Source: Paraphysomonas bandaiensis (taxonomy: Eukaryota; Protista; Chrysophyceae). From it: DNA of 64,000 nucleotides. Within the stretch, counting starts at the first letter, position 1. Each line of letters opens with the position of its first letter. The position numbers and the translations under genes are program-made. The stretch is taken from contig CBFFRP010000434.1 of assembly GCA_965644295.1 (NCBI GenBank), forward strand, positions 62,001 to 126,000. Direction: 5' to 3'. The notes beneath the pieces are model-generated. The model searched no databases. It worked only from the letters and a program-made list of their open reading frames with translations, and had not been told where the DNA came from. This document shows, one piece after another, positions 40,345 through 51,900 of this stretch.

Positions 40345-40876
40345 CTATTTCACATACATACATACATACCCAGGCATACTTACACACAACATCAAACAAC
40401 AAGAATACACATATATATATCCATGACCACAGATACATCAACATGTCACCCATACATTCCCTGCAATGTGGATGTATAATATAAAAAATAGTAAATATAG
40501 TTATATGCAGGTTCACTGTTTTTCTTCTTTGCTGTACGCAACTGTCCTGTATAGAGTGTAGCATATGGAATAATTATGAGATCACATATTCATAGCCTGA
40601 TTTAGGTGCACCATGAATTTTTTCGTTATTATTGAATTTTCATTTCAGTCATACGATGTATCAGCGATATATAAACAGACAACAGTCTACATTAACCTGT
40701 ATTCGTTGTGTTCATTGAGTTGAGTCATAAACACGCTGTATATGAAGAAATAAGCAGCGAACTGTATACGACATGCAGATGTAGAAGGAACAGTGAAGTA
40801 TATTGCAGTCGTCTAAAACACTTCATAGCACATATATATATTGTCGAGTATACCTGTGTTATGTATCTCAAAGTGC

Positions 40877-42523
40877 TTATCTGCGAGGTGGCTGGTAGTG
40901 GCTAGGAGGTTGCTGCTGATGGGGAAGCGAATGAGAACCATAGTTGGACGAAGGAACCATTCCTAAAGAGGGAGCTGATATGCCTGAAAACTGGTTGTAA
41001 GTAGGCCTCGATTCATGCTGCGGCGAAGCCTGGGAATGAATGGCGTGTTGTGGTGATACGTGCTGATGTTGGTACTGGCCTTGGTATTGTACCGGTGGTG
41101 CTGGGTACTGTAGCGGCGGTGTGGGTATCTGGGAGCGCTCCCACTCGTCGACTCTCTGCCTGACAGCTCTATAGGCTTGATCAATCCCTTGAGGGGAGCC
41201 CGAAATTGTAACTTCTCTCTCAGTATCCTCCCCTGGGCCGGGTTTGCTCACTTGTACAGAACACTGGGACGAGCGCTCAATCTCTGACACACCAGATCCT
41301 TTGGCGCCAATCAAGAAGTTTACCGCCTTCGAGGGAACCTAGCAATACGACCGTCACAAACAAATCATCCGTATATTAACGAGTATAGACATGCACAACG
41401 GATTACCATGCATGTGCATAGTGCACAAACTTACCTTCATATTAATAAACGGTGTGTAAGCATTGGAAGGGTGCTGGTGCGTGGCCTGGTGCTGATGAGC
41501 GGATTGGTGCTGTTGGTGTGGAGGGGGTTGATGGTGTAGATGAGGATGATGATCTATTCCTGGAGAAGTGAGAGGACCACCCATACCAGTAACTGGTGGA
41601 GGCACACCACCGGCCGTACGAATAGGTAGCGGCATCATTGTTTGCATTCCTTTCCATGTTTCAGGAAGGTTCGAATCCTCCACGAGTTGCCTCAGAAGCA
41701 AATATGCCGCATGTATACGGTTCTGTATACCTCCTACGAGGTGCATGGAGCGACCATACACAGTATGTCGAGCACTTAGCATTTCCCGTTCGCTCTCGGA
41801 ATTAATATGACAGCCAGAAGTATTCTGGGTTTTCTTTATAAGTGATCCGGACTTACCAATAATATGAGAAACAAGCTCAGAGGGAACAACAATAGTGAGT
41901 TTATCGACCATAGCGGCTAGGGCAGTTTCAAAAGGTCCACCAGTTGGTACTCCACGTTTACTTTCATGAGCTTTCTGTAGCTGAACCAGAAGGGAGGTAT
42001 ACCCTGCAAGGACTGCTTTCACCGAACCAAAAAAAAATATGGTGCGGAGCGGAGGAGGAGAAGTGGGGGGGCACGATTGCTTGTCCACTTGTATCAAGCA
42101 CCCCATTTCGCGCGCTATTGACCGTACACGGGCCCCTTTCTCCCCTATAATTACCGAAATCAGGCGTACATCATCAGGAACCTGTACGGCGAAAGTAATA
42201 TTCCTGCTATCTACACTGTCTTTCATATATACACTCTCTGTAAGTTCCTTGACTCGCTCCAGCGCATTATTAGTGGCTACAACAGCGGCAGGGACTTTTA
42301 CAGCTTGACCATCTGGTGCTTCGCCCTCGCCACTAGCCTGTCGTTTAACACTATCGCCGGGTGTTAAGCTATCTTCGGCAGGACGCTTCCGGCTCTGAAT
42401 AAAAGATATCACAGATTCCAACAGAGACACAGCTGTCTCTTTCCCTCCTGAGCCCTTCAGAAAGAAATCCGCAATATCTTCTACATTTCGAGAGGCCACT
42501 TGAACACCAGACAGAGAACTCAT
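40877..42523 (-). CDS. Triple KH-domain RNA-binding protein (PCBP/FLK-like), 2 exons
   Basis: Three GxxG KH loops: ISVIIGEKGARVRSI, VSHIIGKSGSLIKK, VNFLIGAKGSGVSEI. Pro/Gln/His-rich linkers. Probable ATG at 42523 (MSSLSG). Confidence 0.88.
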
Positions 42524-42695
42524 CTTCAGGCAAGAGAGTGCAGAGGTATCACGATAAGCGGATAATACAAGATGATAAATATTACTGCCAGTGGCTATTG
42601 CGCAACACAACAGAACACCCTGCAGAATATGGAAATAACTTCGCTTCGAAATAATACAACAATAATATTGCACGGCCATCCATCTATACATACTG

Positions 42696-43268
42696 TACAT
42701 ACATACATACATACATACATACATACATACATACATACATACATACATACATACATACATACATACATACATACATACATACATACATACATACATACAT
42801 ACATACATACATACATACACACATACATACATACATACATACATACATACATACATACATACATACATACATACATACATACATACATACATACATACAT
42901 ACATACATACATACATACATACATACATACATACATACATACATACATACATACATACATACATACATACATACATACATACATACATACACATACATAC
43001 ATACATACATACATACATACATACATACATACATACATACATACATACATACATACATACATACATACATACATACATACATACATACATACATACATAC
43101 ATACATACATACATACATACATACATACATACATACATACATACATACATACATACATACATACATACATACATACATACATACATACATACATACATAC
43201 ATACATACATACATACATACATACATACATACATACATACATACATACATACATACATACCTACATAC
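42696..43268. repeat. (TACA)n tetranucleotide microsatellite, ~570 bp
   Basis: Nearly uninterrupted ACAT repeats; source of the spurious MYVC/HTYI ORFs. Confidence 0.99.
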
Positions 43269-43397
43269 AATGTGCGTAAGTTACAGAGTTTGTATGTATG
43301 TATATCTGAATAAATTTATGCATTTATACAGCTGTTTTGTGTAGATTTATGCACTTATGTAATTTAGGCAGGTGCACACTACATGTACACAGTAATC

Positions 43398-43758
43398 ACC
43401 CTCAACAAAGTCGGACTCGCACCTTTTCGTGGTGTTGTGGGGGATAAGTACCGGAGAGATTTCTCTGGGAAACTAACGTGAGCCGCAAACATAGTCAGCA
43501 GATATTGTTCTGCCCACTCATAGCCAAATGCTTGTGTGGTACAAGGGACATCAATAAGAGTCACTTGTGTAGACGTCTTTGGGCCCTGACGAATAAACAG
43601 GCATCCAGGAATGGGCCCACCTCAAGGGTAACCGGGGTATTGGACTGCCTGATGAAGTCAAGCATCTGGGATATTCGCCTTAAGAACTCAGAGCGGAAGT
43701 GGTCGCACCTTGGTGCTTGCGGCGACGCACAAGCAGCTTCCGTAGCGTTAAATAGTAG
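43398..43758 (+). mobile_element. Copy 2 (most complete) of the ~360-bp dispersed SINE-like repeat with HDV-ribozyme-like 5' end
   Basis: Aligns to 21482-22135, 44150-44351 (inverted) and 63810-63979. Ends in a GCTTGCG-GCGA-CGCACAAGC hairpin followed by CGTAGCGTTAAATAGTAG. Confidence 0.8.
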
Positions 43759-44149
43759 GATAAAAAAGTGTGTACTGATTAGTTACAGGTAGAGGTCTAA
43801 CTAGTTTGTCTAGCATTCATCTAGCTACTAAGTTGGTGCAGGTTTTTAACGCCTATTGCTAATAATAAGACTTTCAATACACAGTAATCAAAAGCAAGCT
43901 AAAGAGAAATTGGGAAACAAGAAAATGAGGGAGAGGTTTATCCTACTCTTCCGCCAATCTAACCGTTCTCTTGAATTTTGCGGAAGAAATGATGCTTCTT
44001 GGGACACTCAGATTGTATCCAAGCGATCAAATTCGCAAGAAATCAAAGCACTGACGAATATCTGTATATATACAGTATATGTTTAACGAAAAAAGAATTA
44101 TTACAACATATAGGTCCATGTCATGACATTGATATGAGTAAAGAAATAT

Positions 44150-44351
44150 ATTCATCAGAGCCCAAAGAAGTTTTCACAAATGACACTTATATTAGTACTC
44201 CTTGTACCACACAAGCATTTGGCCTTATGAGTGGGCAGAATATTATCTGCTGACTCTACATGCGGCTCATCATGTTAGTTTCCCGGAGAAAACTTTCCTG
44301 CTGTATTTAGCCCCCAGAACACCACGGAAAGGTGCGAACCCGACTTTGTAG
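44150..44351 (-). mobile_element. Copy 3 (5' part, inverted) of the dispersed repeat
   Basis: Reverse complement reads ACAAAGTCGGGTTCGCACCTTTCCGTGGTGTTCTGGGGG...AACTAAC...GTCAGCAGATAATATTCTGCCCACTCATA...TTTGGGCTCTGATGAATA. Confidence 0.8.
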
Positions 44352-44603
44352 CCGGATGGTGTAAGGATAGTAGAGTGATTTATAATATCAATACGTTCTA
44401 CCTATCTAATTATGATGAGTCCATTCGAATATTCATTTGCACATTAGTTCACAGTAATGTGTCATTACAACACACATGACATCATATCCGTGAATACTTT
44501 ATTACTAGCATGATGACACAAAAAATAAACTACCGATCAATCGAAATCGTAGAAATTACTTCATGATTTATTCGCTCGTTCCTGGTCTAACAACGTTGCG
44601 ATT

Positions 44604-46269
44604 CTACTCTTCCGGCGCATGGATCCTATTACTGACATCGACTGTGTCCAGATAAAAACTGATGAGAACTAATACAAAGCACACCAACCAGTTCATTACC
44701 TGTGTAATTGTCTCGAATCCGCCCATACCTAATCTATATCTCCGAAGGAAGGGGATCAAGTCTCCTAACACTTCTGTAAGTTCTGTTAACATTTTGCAAT
44801 CCCGATTTGGCGAAACCAACAGCAGTGTCACGACAGCATCCAGTGTCATCAGTAAAATCAGAAGTGCACTACAGGAGGGTTTGTCTCGTAAACTCTGTTG
44901 GTTGAATTGATCGGAAAGGTGATCACGAACTTTCAGAGAGGCTGCAATAGCAAGCTCTTCAAGAGCCTCATCTCCATTACAACCTTCTTCCATATCAAAA
45001 GCCTTCAGGACGCTACTCATCGCGACTTGAAGTACAGTAACACACATCTGTCTCGCTTTTTCCAGATATATTATGACGGGCCCTTTCTCAGATTCTTCTG
45101 GCAGTGAAAAACGAATTCCTACCAGTGCAGTGCATAAGCACTTGCATGCGTGGACAAGCCTGAATCCTCCCGAGTCCTTCAGCTCATCGATCACACCAGT
45201 CAGACAAGCAGACACTTCTGCAAGCCAGTCGGAAGAAGTATCCACCGTGACACCGCAGGGTAAAAGGGCAGCCCGCACGGCTTCTTGCATAGCCAGACGC
45301 ACACACTCCTGGAAGTAAAACAACAATATCAAAAAATAGAGGTGTATGAGTATTATGCTGGCATGTAATATCATACAAGCGATAAACGTACCCGTGAAAA
45401 GCAGGCGAGGTGTTTGTCAGCAGACATCACAAGAATAACACGCAAAATCCACAGGCGCAGCTCCTTGGTGAATGGTTTCCCGTCACTCTCGGGAAACTGT
45501 TCACAGGCGTGTGTTACAAAGTTCAACCATCCCCGGAAAGTTCCGTCAGCACAGACTTGGCGCCGCATGACACGTTTCATTGGTCCATTCTTTGTACTCA
45601 TAACACTGGTGGTAAAGATGCCCAATGAGTAATCCAGATCAGCAACCGACGGCACCCAATTCATACGCTGAGCATAATAGGGAAAGATATATCAGCATGT
45701 TACATTCGAATAGCACATAGCAGCTACCTGATTCTTGTAAAGTGAAGCGACTTCATGAATTACTGCATCTACTAACGCCTCGTCAGGGCTTGTGCACACC
45801 ATTAAGTATAGTTCCCGTGCAGCCGGGACAGGCAGCTGTCTGTTTCCTACCACGCACCAAGACTCTAAGAGGCCATTCTTACATGCCCAGAATATGCTAT
45901 CTATGTGCCCCGCTATCGTCAGTACGATATCTACCCACGTATACACAACATACCTCGATGAGAGAATATATCACCTAACTTATTATCGCAGTCTTTGTGT
46001 CTCAGAGGCGTGAAAGCATAGCGCTCGGTACTCTCTTCACTGCCTACGGACGATGTCTCATAGTCCTCATCATCCACCCGGCCAGTATCTTCGTCTGAGG
46101 ACAAATCATCAAGGCTTGGTAGCTCTCGCTGAAGCAGTTCCTGAGTGGCCCTCACTTGCTCGAGCCCAAACTCACTGCTCGTGTTCAATCCACCCTCCTC
46201 AGATGACCCTTTTGACGCCCTCTTTCGAGAAGGATGGGTTTTCTTGGTATCCGCCAGTTTTCTCTTCAT
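44604..46269 (-). CDS. Hypothetical alpha-helical protein with basic N-terminal NLS-like segment, multi-exon
   Basis: Chain of minus-strand ORFs (MKRKLADTKKTHPSRKR...; GHIDSIFWACKN...; RMNWVPSV...; QECVRLAMQE...) separated by short GT-AG introns. No family recognised; 3' end uncertain. Confidence 0.6.
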
Positions 46270-47171
46270 TACTCACTCGCAATGTTCTGATGTGTATGTT
46301 AATTCGTGGAAATAAACTGACCTAACAGCACCTGCCCCACACATACAGACCCACTAGCGACTTTAAACTATGTATTCCCAGTGTAGTATATTCGTATACA
46401 TTCTTTGAAAGTGGGGTACTATACTGGCCAATGAAATATGAGTATAGTTTATTCATTGGTGTTATGCGCATCAGGTATGTTCTGTGCAGAGGCCGACAGC
46501 AGAGTATACTGTACGTATACAGCAGTAGATACAGAGATACATAGATAGATACATCGATATATATATCCACAGGGAGATGTCCAAGCAACCATTCAAAGTT
46601 GACGACATTGTAGACATCTGTGGTGGTATCCACCAGCACGAGACGGCTATCGTGACTGGTATGTGATGGTCGGAGGTAGGAGACAGGTCACGCGAGACAT
46701 AATGACTCCCTCTGCCATGTCACCTGAGCTCCGATGACATCGAAGAAAGAAGAGACCCGTTACATCTAATACGAGTCAGAGAGAGCTCGAAGGGGATCAG
46801 ATTCATACGATGCTGACTGGACGGAACAAATAGAAAATAAACAACAAGATGTTGGAGGCCAGTTACAACAACTCGGAGAGAAATTGGATTTTGTGGAGAA
46901 TAAGGCGGTATCGTTAGAGGAAGAAGTCTGGAGCATCACGTACCACACGCCTTGTTGTGTAGGATACACCTGTGAGCCGCGAGTGAGGTATAGTTGGAGT
47001 TATATTTCTCGGTGCGTTGACAGCGATAAGGTTACACTGGTTTCGAGTTTTGAAATAAAATATACTCGTGTTGGTTTATTGTTTTCAAGTTCTATGAACT
47101 TGATACTTTGATCTTTTTATTTCAATTATTGGAGTTTAGTATTATCAGTCATGGTTGCCACTAATAAATAT

Positions 47172-48366
47172 ATAGGAAACAACAAATATATTGCAATACT
47201 ATTGTTAGATAGCGTCCATCAATACAATTGATGGAGATTTTAAATAGGCCCAACAATACAATTACAATATATTTCAATATATTAGTATGACTAATCAGTA
47301 AGTAAACACATCCGTAGATTCCAGTTTTAGTATTGGTCATTAAGATCACATGATAACCAAACCTACTACTGCTTATAGCTAATAAAAATCCACCTCGTCC
47401 TCACCCTCTGAGCCATCATCGGTGACGTCAACATATTCATTCACAGAATTAATTGATATATATGCTAGTATTCGGCCACAACTGTTGATTAGCTTTTAGA
47501 AACAACAGCATATTACGTAGGATGCATACCTTTCCTCAACACTGAAAAAATAAGTTTCTCTGCGCTGAACAGGTGTTCACATGTATTGGAAGTACATACT
47601 ACATTACTCGTGGACCTGTACTTAGATATTTCAACTTTTCGTTTCTTAATTTTTTTTTTTTAGCTGACTGAAGAACTTTTTCCTTATAGCCAACATCAGC
47701 TTCATCATCCTCGGTATTGTTGCAAACACTGTCTGAACGGAGATAATATACTCTAACAGCATCTTTCTCAGATCTTGTCAAATCAAATTCTTCGCCTCAT
47801 TGGATTCTTGTAATTCTATATTCTCAAATTCGGATCATTAACAATGGAGCTGTTTTTCCTTAAAGCAGATAGGGGATACCTTGCCCCGAAGTCCCTCAAT
47901 AAGCCGTCAAAAATGTTTCGGCATTCATAAAGATTCACTTGACTTGTTGATCCTCCTGTTTGAAGCAGGTTGGAAGCTCTTTCACACTTTCTCAGGTCTT
48001 GTTTGTTTCATCTTTGACCGGAATCCAAAAACAGAGGTAAATATCTCTACTCTTGTATGCATTCATCTTATATATCAGTATGATATACTATATACATATG
48101 TTACATTAAAAGAAGTACTGAACATATATGTGCGTGTAGAGGTGTAGAGTACTGTTTGAGCTGGCGATATATAAAAAATAGAAAAACACATCAAAAATGG
48201 GCTTTTTTCTTATTGTTCCGGTTATTTATATACATTTTTACCCTACAGTTAAGAATCTTTCTGTATATGACTATCATAATATTGATTGCAATATATTGCA
48301 ATATATTTTGGCTGGTCCACCAATCAATACATTGTACAATATATTGTATATTATATCCTAGTCCTG
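47172..48366 (-). pseudogene. Fossil hAT DNA transposon with frameshifted C-terminal transposase remnant (~47440-48020)
   Basis: Minus-strand frames give ...NLYECRNIFDGLLRDFGARYP / NSSIVNDPN / LTRSEKDAV...KYLS / CTSNTCEHLFSAEKLIFSVLRKGMHP / MLLFLKANQQLW, matching the hAT dimerisation-domain pattern (TSxxxERxFS...LFLxxN..W). ATATTGCAAT-type subterminal repeats lie on both sides. Confidence 0.7.
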
Positions 48367-48924
48367 CAACAGATTGAACTGACCATTAATAAAGGCGATA
48401 AAACAACTAGTGTGGTAATATATTACATCAACGCTTGCAAAATTTTCCATTTCTAGTTCCGACTATTTCATAATTTCGAAATCGTTTGCAGCAAGGACGC
48501 AAGTACTTACCCTGGACTATATGCAACCGCCTAGTACTCACCAAACATGAGACTTGACAGGGGGACTGTGTCTCTATTCCTCTGTCCTTTTCGTGTAGGT
48601 GATCATAGCTACTACTATGTATTACTTGACAGTTAACGTGACAAGCTTTTTAGCTGCAACCTGAAAGGCATTGTGCCATTGGACAATCTCCACAAATTGA
48701 TTCAATGCGTCACTATCATTGTAGCTTATACCACAGCGAGTACAAGTCTGTAGTATTCTCATTATTATCTCCGCATTGTATATCAACAGATACACTATAC
48801 TGATATTTGAACCGTTCATGACGTCTTGGTGTAACATTAACTACTGCTATTAGATGATAACAACGACACATTATATTGCTTCAGACATACAGCAAACGCG
48901 AGGCGATAAGAAGCGCAGCGTCGC

Positions 48925-51900
48925 TCATAGGATGGTAGTTGAGTACGGGTCATCCTCTCCGCCGTCACCAATTCTATCATCTTCACAATCTTCTTCCTCC
49001 ATATCGCTCTCCTCCGTATTGTCGCCCATACCACCTCTTAAAATCTGCTCCACAGCCTAAGCACATATACAAACAAAACCATAGTGACACAAATTAGAGT
49101 GTGTAGCACACACCTACCCTCCTGCAATCTCCACTGAGGGTTTGAAGTGAACTTTCCGTACCGCCGCTGCTACTATTTACTTCGGTAAAGCCAACACGCC
49201 TCCGCTTAGGGGCTGTGGAAATGAAATCATCATCCGACTCGGTGCGTCGCCCGTTAATAATTCTTCCGGACCTTGACCTACGTTGTGGACGACGAGAATG
49301 CAATTCCACATCATCACCATTACCGTCACTGTTATCCCCTTCAGCACCGTTCAAGAGTTGTCGACTCTCGATAGTACTCTGCGCTGCCCGTAAAGCCCTC
49401 AAATTCCTTGTTCGGGACTGAATGGTATCTCTTCCTGTATCCACACCTTCATCTATTCTCGAACTGTTGGAAGAACTTGCTCGTCTGCGGCTAGTTCGAC
49501 TTTTTCCCCGGCCTCTGACAGCAGTTGAATCCTCAGTACCATGGCCACGACTACGGGTCCCGCCGCGACCTCTCTTCGCAGGCGGAGAAGTTGCTCGAAC
49601 TTCCTGTTTATTCTCCATCTCAAAGTTATCGGACTCTCCGCTGGCTTCTGAATATATATGAGTAACAACCTCCACATGCTGTCCAACTCACCACCGGAAA
49701 GTGCAGTTTCTTCCACTGAGCTACGCCCTCGCCTTTTACGCGGCGGTAGTACTATATTAAAACGTACAGGTCATACGAGAGCGAGACTATCATAAATAGT
49801 AGTTACCCTCCGATTCCTCTTCACTATCAGAGACCGCTGAAACGCCGCTTCGCCGACCGCGCCCTCTCCCTCGCCCTTTACTCCGTCTAAACACGCAACC
49901 TCAGACCTCACAGTGGTAAACACATCGTAACATACCCTCCAAGCGAACTGCCTCGTCTTCCCCGGCTCCCTCTACCTCCGCCACTATTACGCCTGCTTCT
50001 TCGTCCCGCATTATCGTCACTACCCTCATTATAAGAGTCCTGCCTGGGTCCCCTTCTGCGAGTACCCTCAAGCATGGTAAGCCAGCCCTGTGCAAGTGCA
50101 ATTTGATCCTCTTCAAAAACATCAGATTTCAGAGTCATGCGAAGCAACAGTTTGAGACATGTATTGCGTTCTCTGTCTGGGAGATTTCCACGTCTCTTAA
50201 GGTCGATAATTCCCTCCATCATTTGCTCCATATCTGCTATAAATTTCGATAGAGCTTCCATCTTCCTAGCTGCAACAGCTTCCTCTTCATCTTCATCTAC
50301 TTCTTCTTCCTCTGGTTCAGACTCGTCCTGCAAATCCGCAAGACGGTCGAGCATCATCTCTGGAGTAACCTGTGTCATAGCAGAGTTATACAAGCCACAC
50401 ATCGTACACTAAAAGTACAAATTATCCACATTGAATATATCCCAAACCACAACATAGCAGCTTCAACTATACATATATATTGTGCTCATATAAGTGGGTC
50501 TACAATGTACTTATAGGCGGTACTCTATTGATAACGATATAAGTATGAAAATGACACTCACCAGATCAGGAAGAACTTTCTTCCAAAAGTCAGGGTCATT
50601 CACATCGATTTCAGCTGTCTCAGCAGCACTGGCTCCTGTGAACATGGACTTGTTTGTCCTTCCACTTTTTTTCTTTTTATTTAACCAGGACTCGGTCTGC
50701 TGTCCTTCCACGACTCGAACATGAGAACGCGAGTCAAGAATGGATTCAATATCTTGCTCACAAAACTCCTTCACTGCCTCCACATCGTCTTCCAACAAAA
50801 CAGCGTACGCTCCCTGTCGCAATAGTGCCTCCATCTCTTTGGCGTCAATCTTAGCACCCTCTTCATTCTCTACATCTGTGAACGTTCGTGTACCCAATAA
50901 AGCCTGCTCCAATCCAAGCTTTCTGGATGCTCGCTCGAACATCTCCGACTCAAACGACCGACGGGTGATGAGTCGGTATATTGTCACGTCTTTCTTCTGG
51001 CCGATACGATGGCAACGGGCCATTGCTTGTATATCATTCTGAGGGTTCCAGTCGCTATCGAAAATAATTACCGTATCGGCGGCAGTTAAGTTGATACCAA
51101 CACCTCCAGCACGAGTGGACAGTAGAAACACAAAGCTATCCGGATCTTTGTTGAAGCGGTCAATTGCCTTTTGACGGTCGTTCCCCTGTACTCGCCCATC
51201 AAGACGTTCACAATTATAGCCACGGAAATCACAAAATTCCTCAATGACATCGATCATCTTCACCATTTGCGAGAATAACAGAACTTTATGACCCTCTCGT
51301 TGTAACTTCGGGAGCAACTTGTCGATGAGAACCATTTTCCCACTTGCTGGGATCAAGAAGTCTGTAATGCGCTTCGACTCGAACGCAGCGTTGTCGAAAG
51401 AGTCTGAGGTGTCCTGTTGCAACATGTACATTCAATACAGTAATTGCTACTATAAATGCGACAAACCTGAGAGGTCTTCAACATATCATCCTCTAGGTCT
51501 TCCATTTCTTTCTGTTCCACTCCATTGATGAGATAAGGGTGATTGCAGCATTTTCGTAGCTCCATCTGAATGTTCATTAGCTTGGGTAAACTACCCTTGG
51601 TAGTCTGCATTAAATAGCTGTGGTTGTGTTCGAATATGGCGCGGTAGTACTGCTTCTGCATGGTCGTCAGCTCAACATCTATGATGGTCTCCTGCTTTGG
51701 TGGTATATCCTTGGCGACGTCTTCCTTCACTCGTCTGAGGAGATGTGGAGCAATGCGACGCTGAAGACTCTCCACTTGTTCCTGGGTCTGCATCTTTCCG
51801 TAGCGCGCAGCGAATTTCTCGGCATCCGGAAACTTTGCGGGCTCAATGAAGTTGAGGAGAGACCAGAGCTCGGCGGTGTTGTTCTGGAGGGGGGTACCGG

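Larger units (their letters stand above)
25889..40485 (-). repeat. ~14.6-kb tandem array, unit ~255 bp (251/255/259 via (ACAT)n), each unit carrying a U14 snoRNA; ~58 units
   Basis: Near-identical units visible directly. Count is taken from the recurring per-unit ORF plus one divergent unit at ~31.7 kb. Confidence 0.98.

Noticed and set aside
25889-40485. CRISPR array, 5S rDNA, tRNA or spliced-leader array interpretation
   Set aside because: There are no unique spacers and no cas genes, and the context is eukaryotic. No 5S internal control region or tRNA cloverleaf (GGTTCGGGG is not a T-arm) is present. The C/D boxes plus two 18S-complementary guides explain the unit.
25815-40564. ~58 copies of a 70-87 aa ORF (MTADHYCVPP...)
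   Set aside because: It starts at a GTG inside the snoRNA, its C-terminus shifts with microsatellite length, and it has no recognisable domain. It is a by-product of the ncRNA repeat.
42572-43279. MYVC/HTYI repeat ORFs and the 638-aa N-terminal extension of the KH ORF
   Set aside because: Stop-free translation of the (TACA)n microsatellite.
43585-43665. Hammerhead ribozyme (CTGACGA / CTGATGA motifs) in the dispersed repeat
   Set aside because: No correctly placed GAAA core or stem III, and the motif is not conserved in copy 1.
46700-47111. Coding-looking coiled-coil stretch (WTEQIENKQQDVGGQLQQLGEKLDFVE)
   Set aside because: No in-frame ATG or clear splice structure found; could be a gene relic but is unsupported.
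48504-48520. TACTTACCCTGG resembling the U1 snRNA 5' end
   Set aside because: No U1 stem-loops or Sm site follow.
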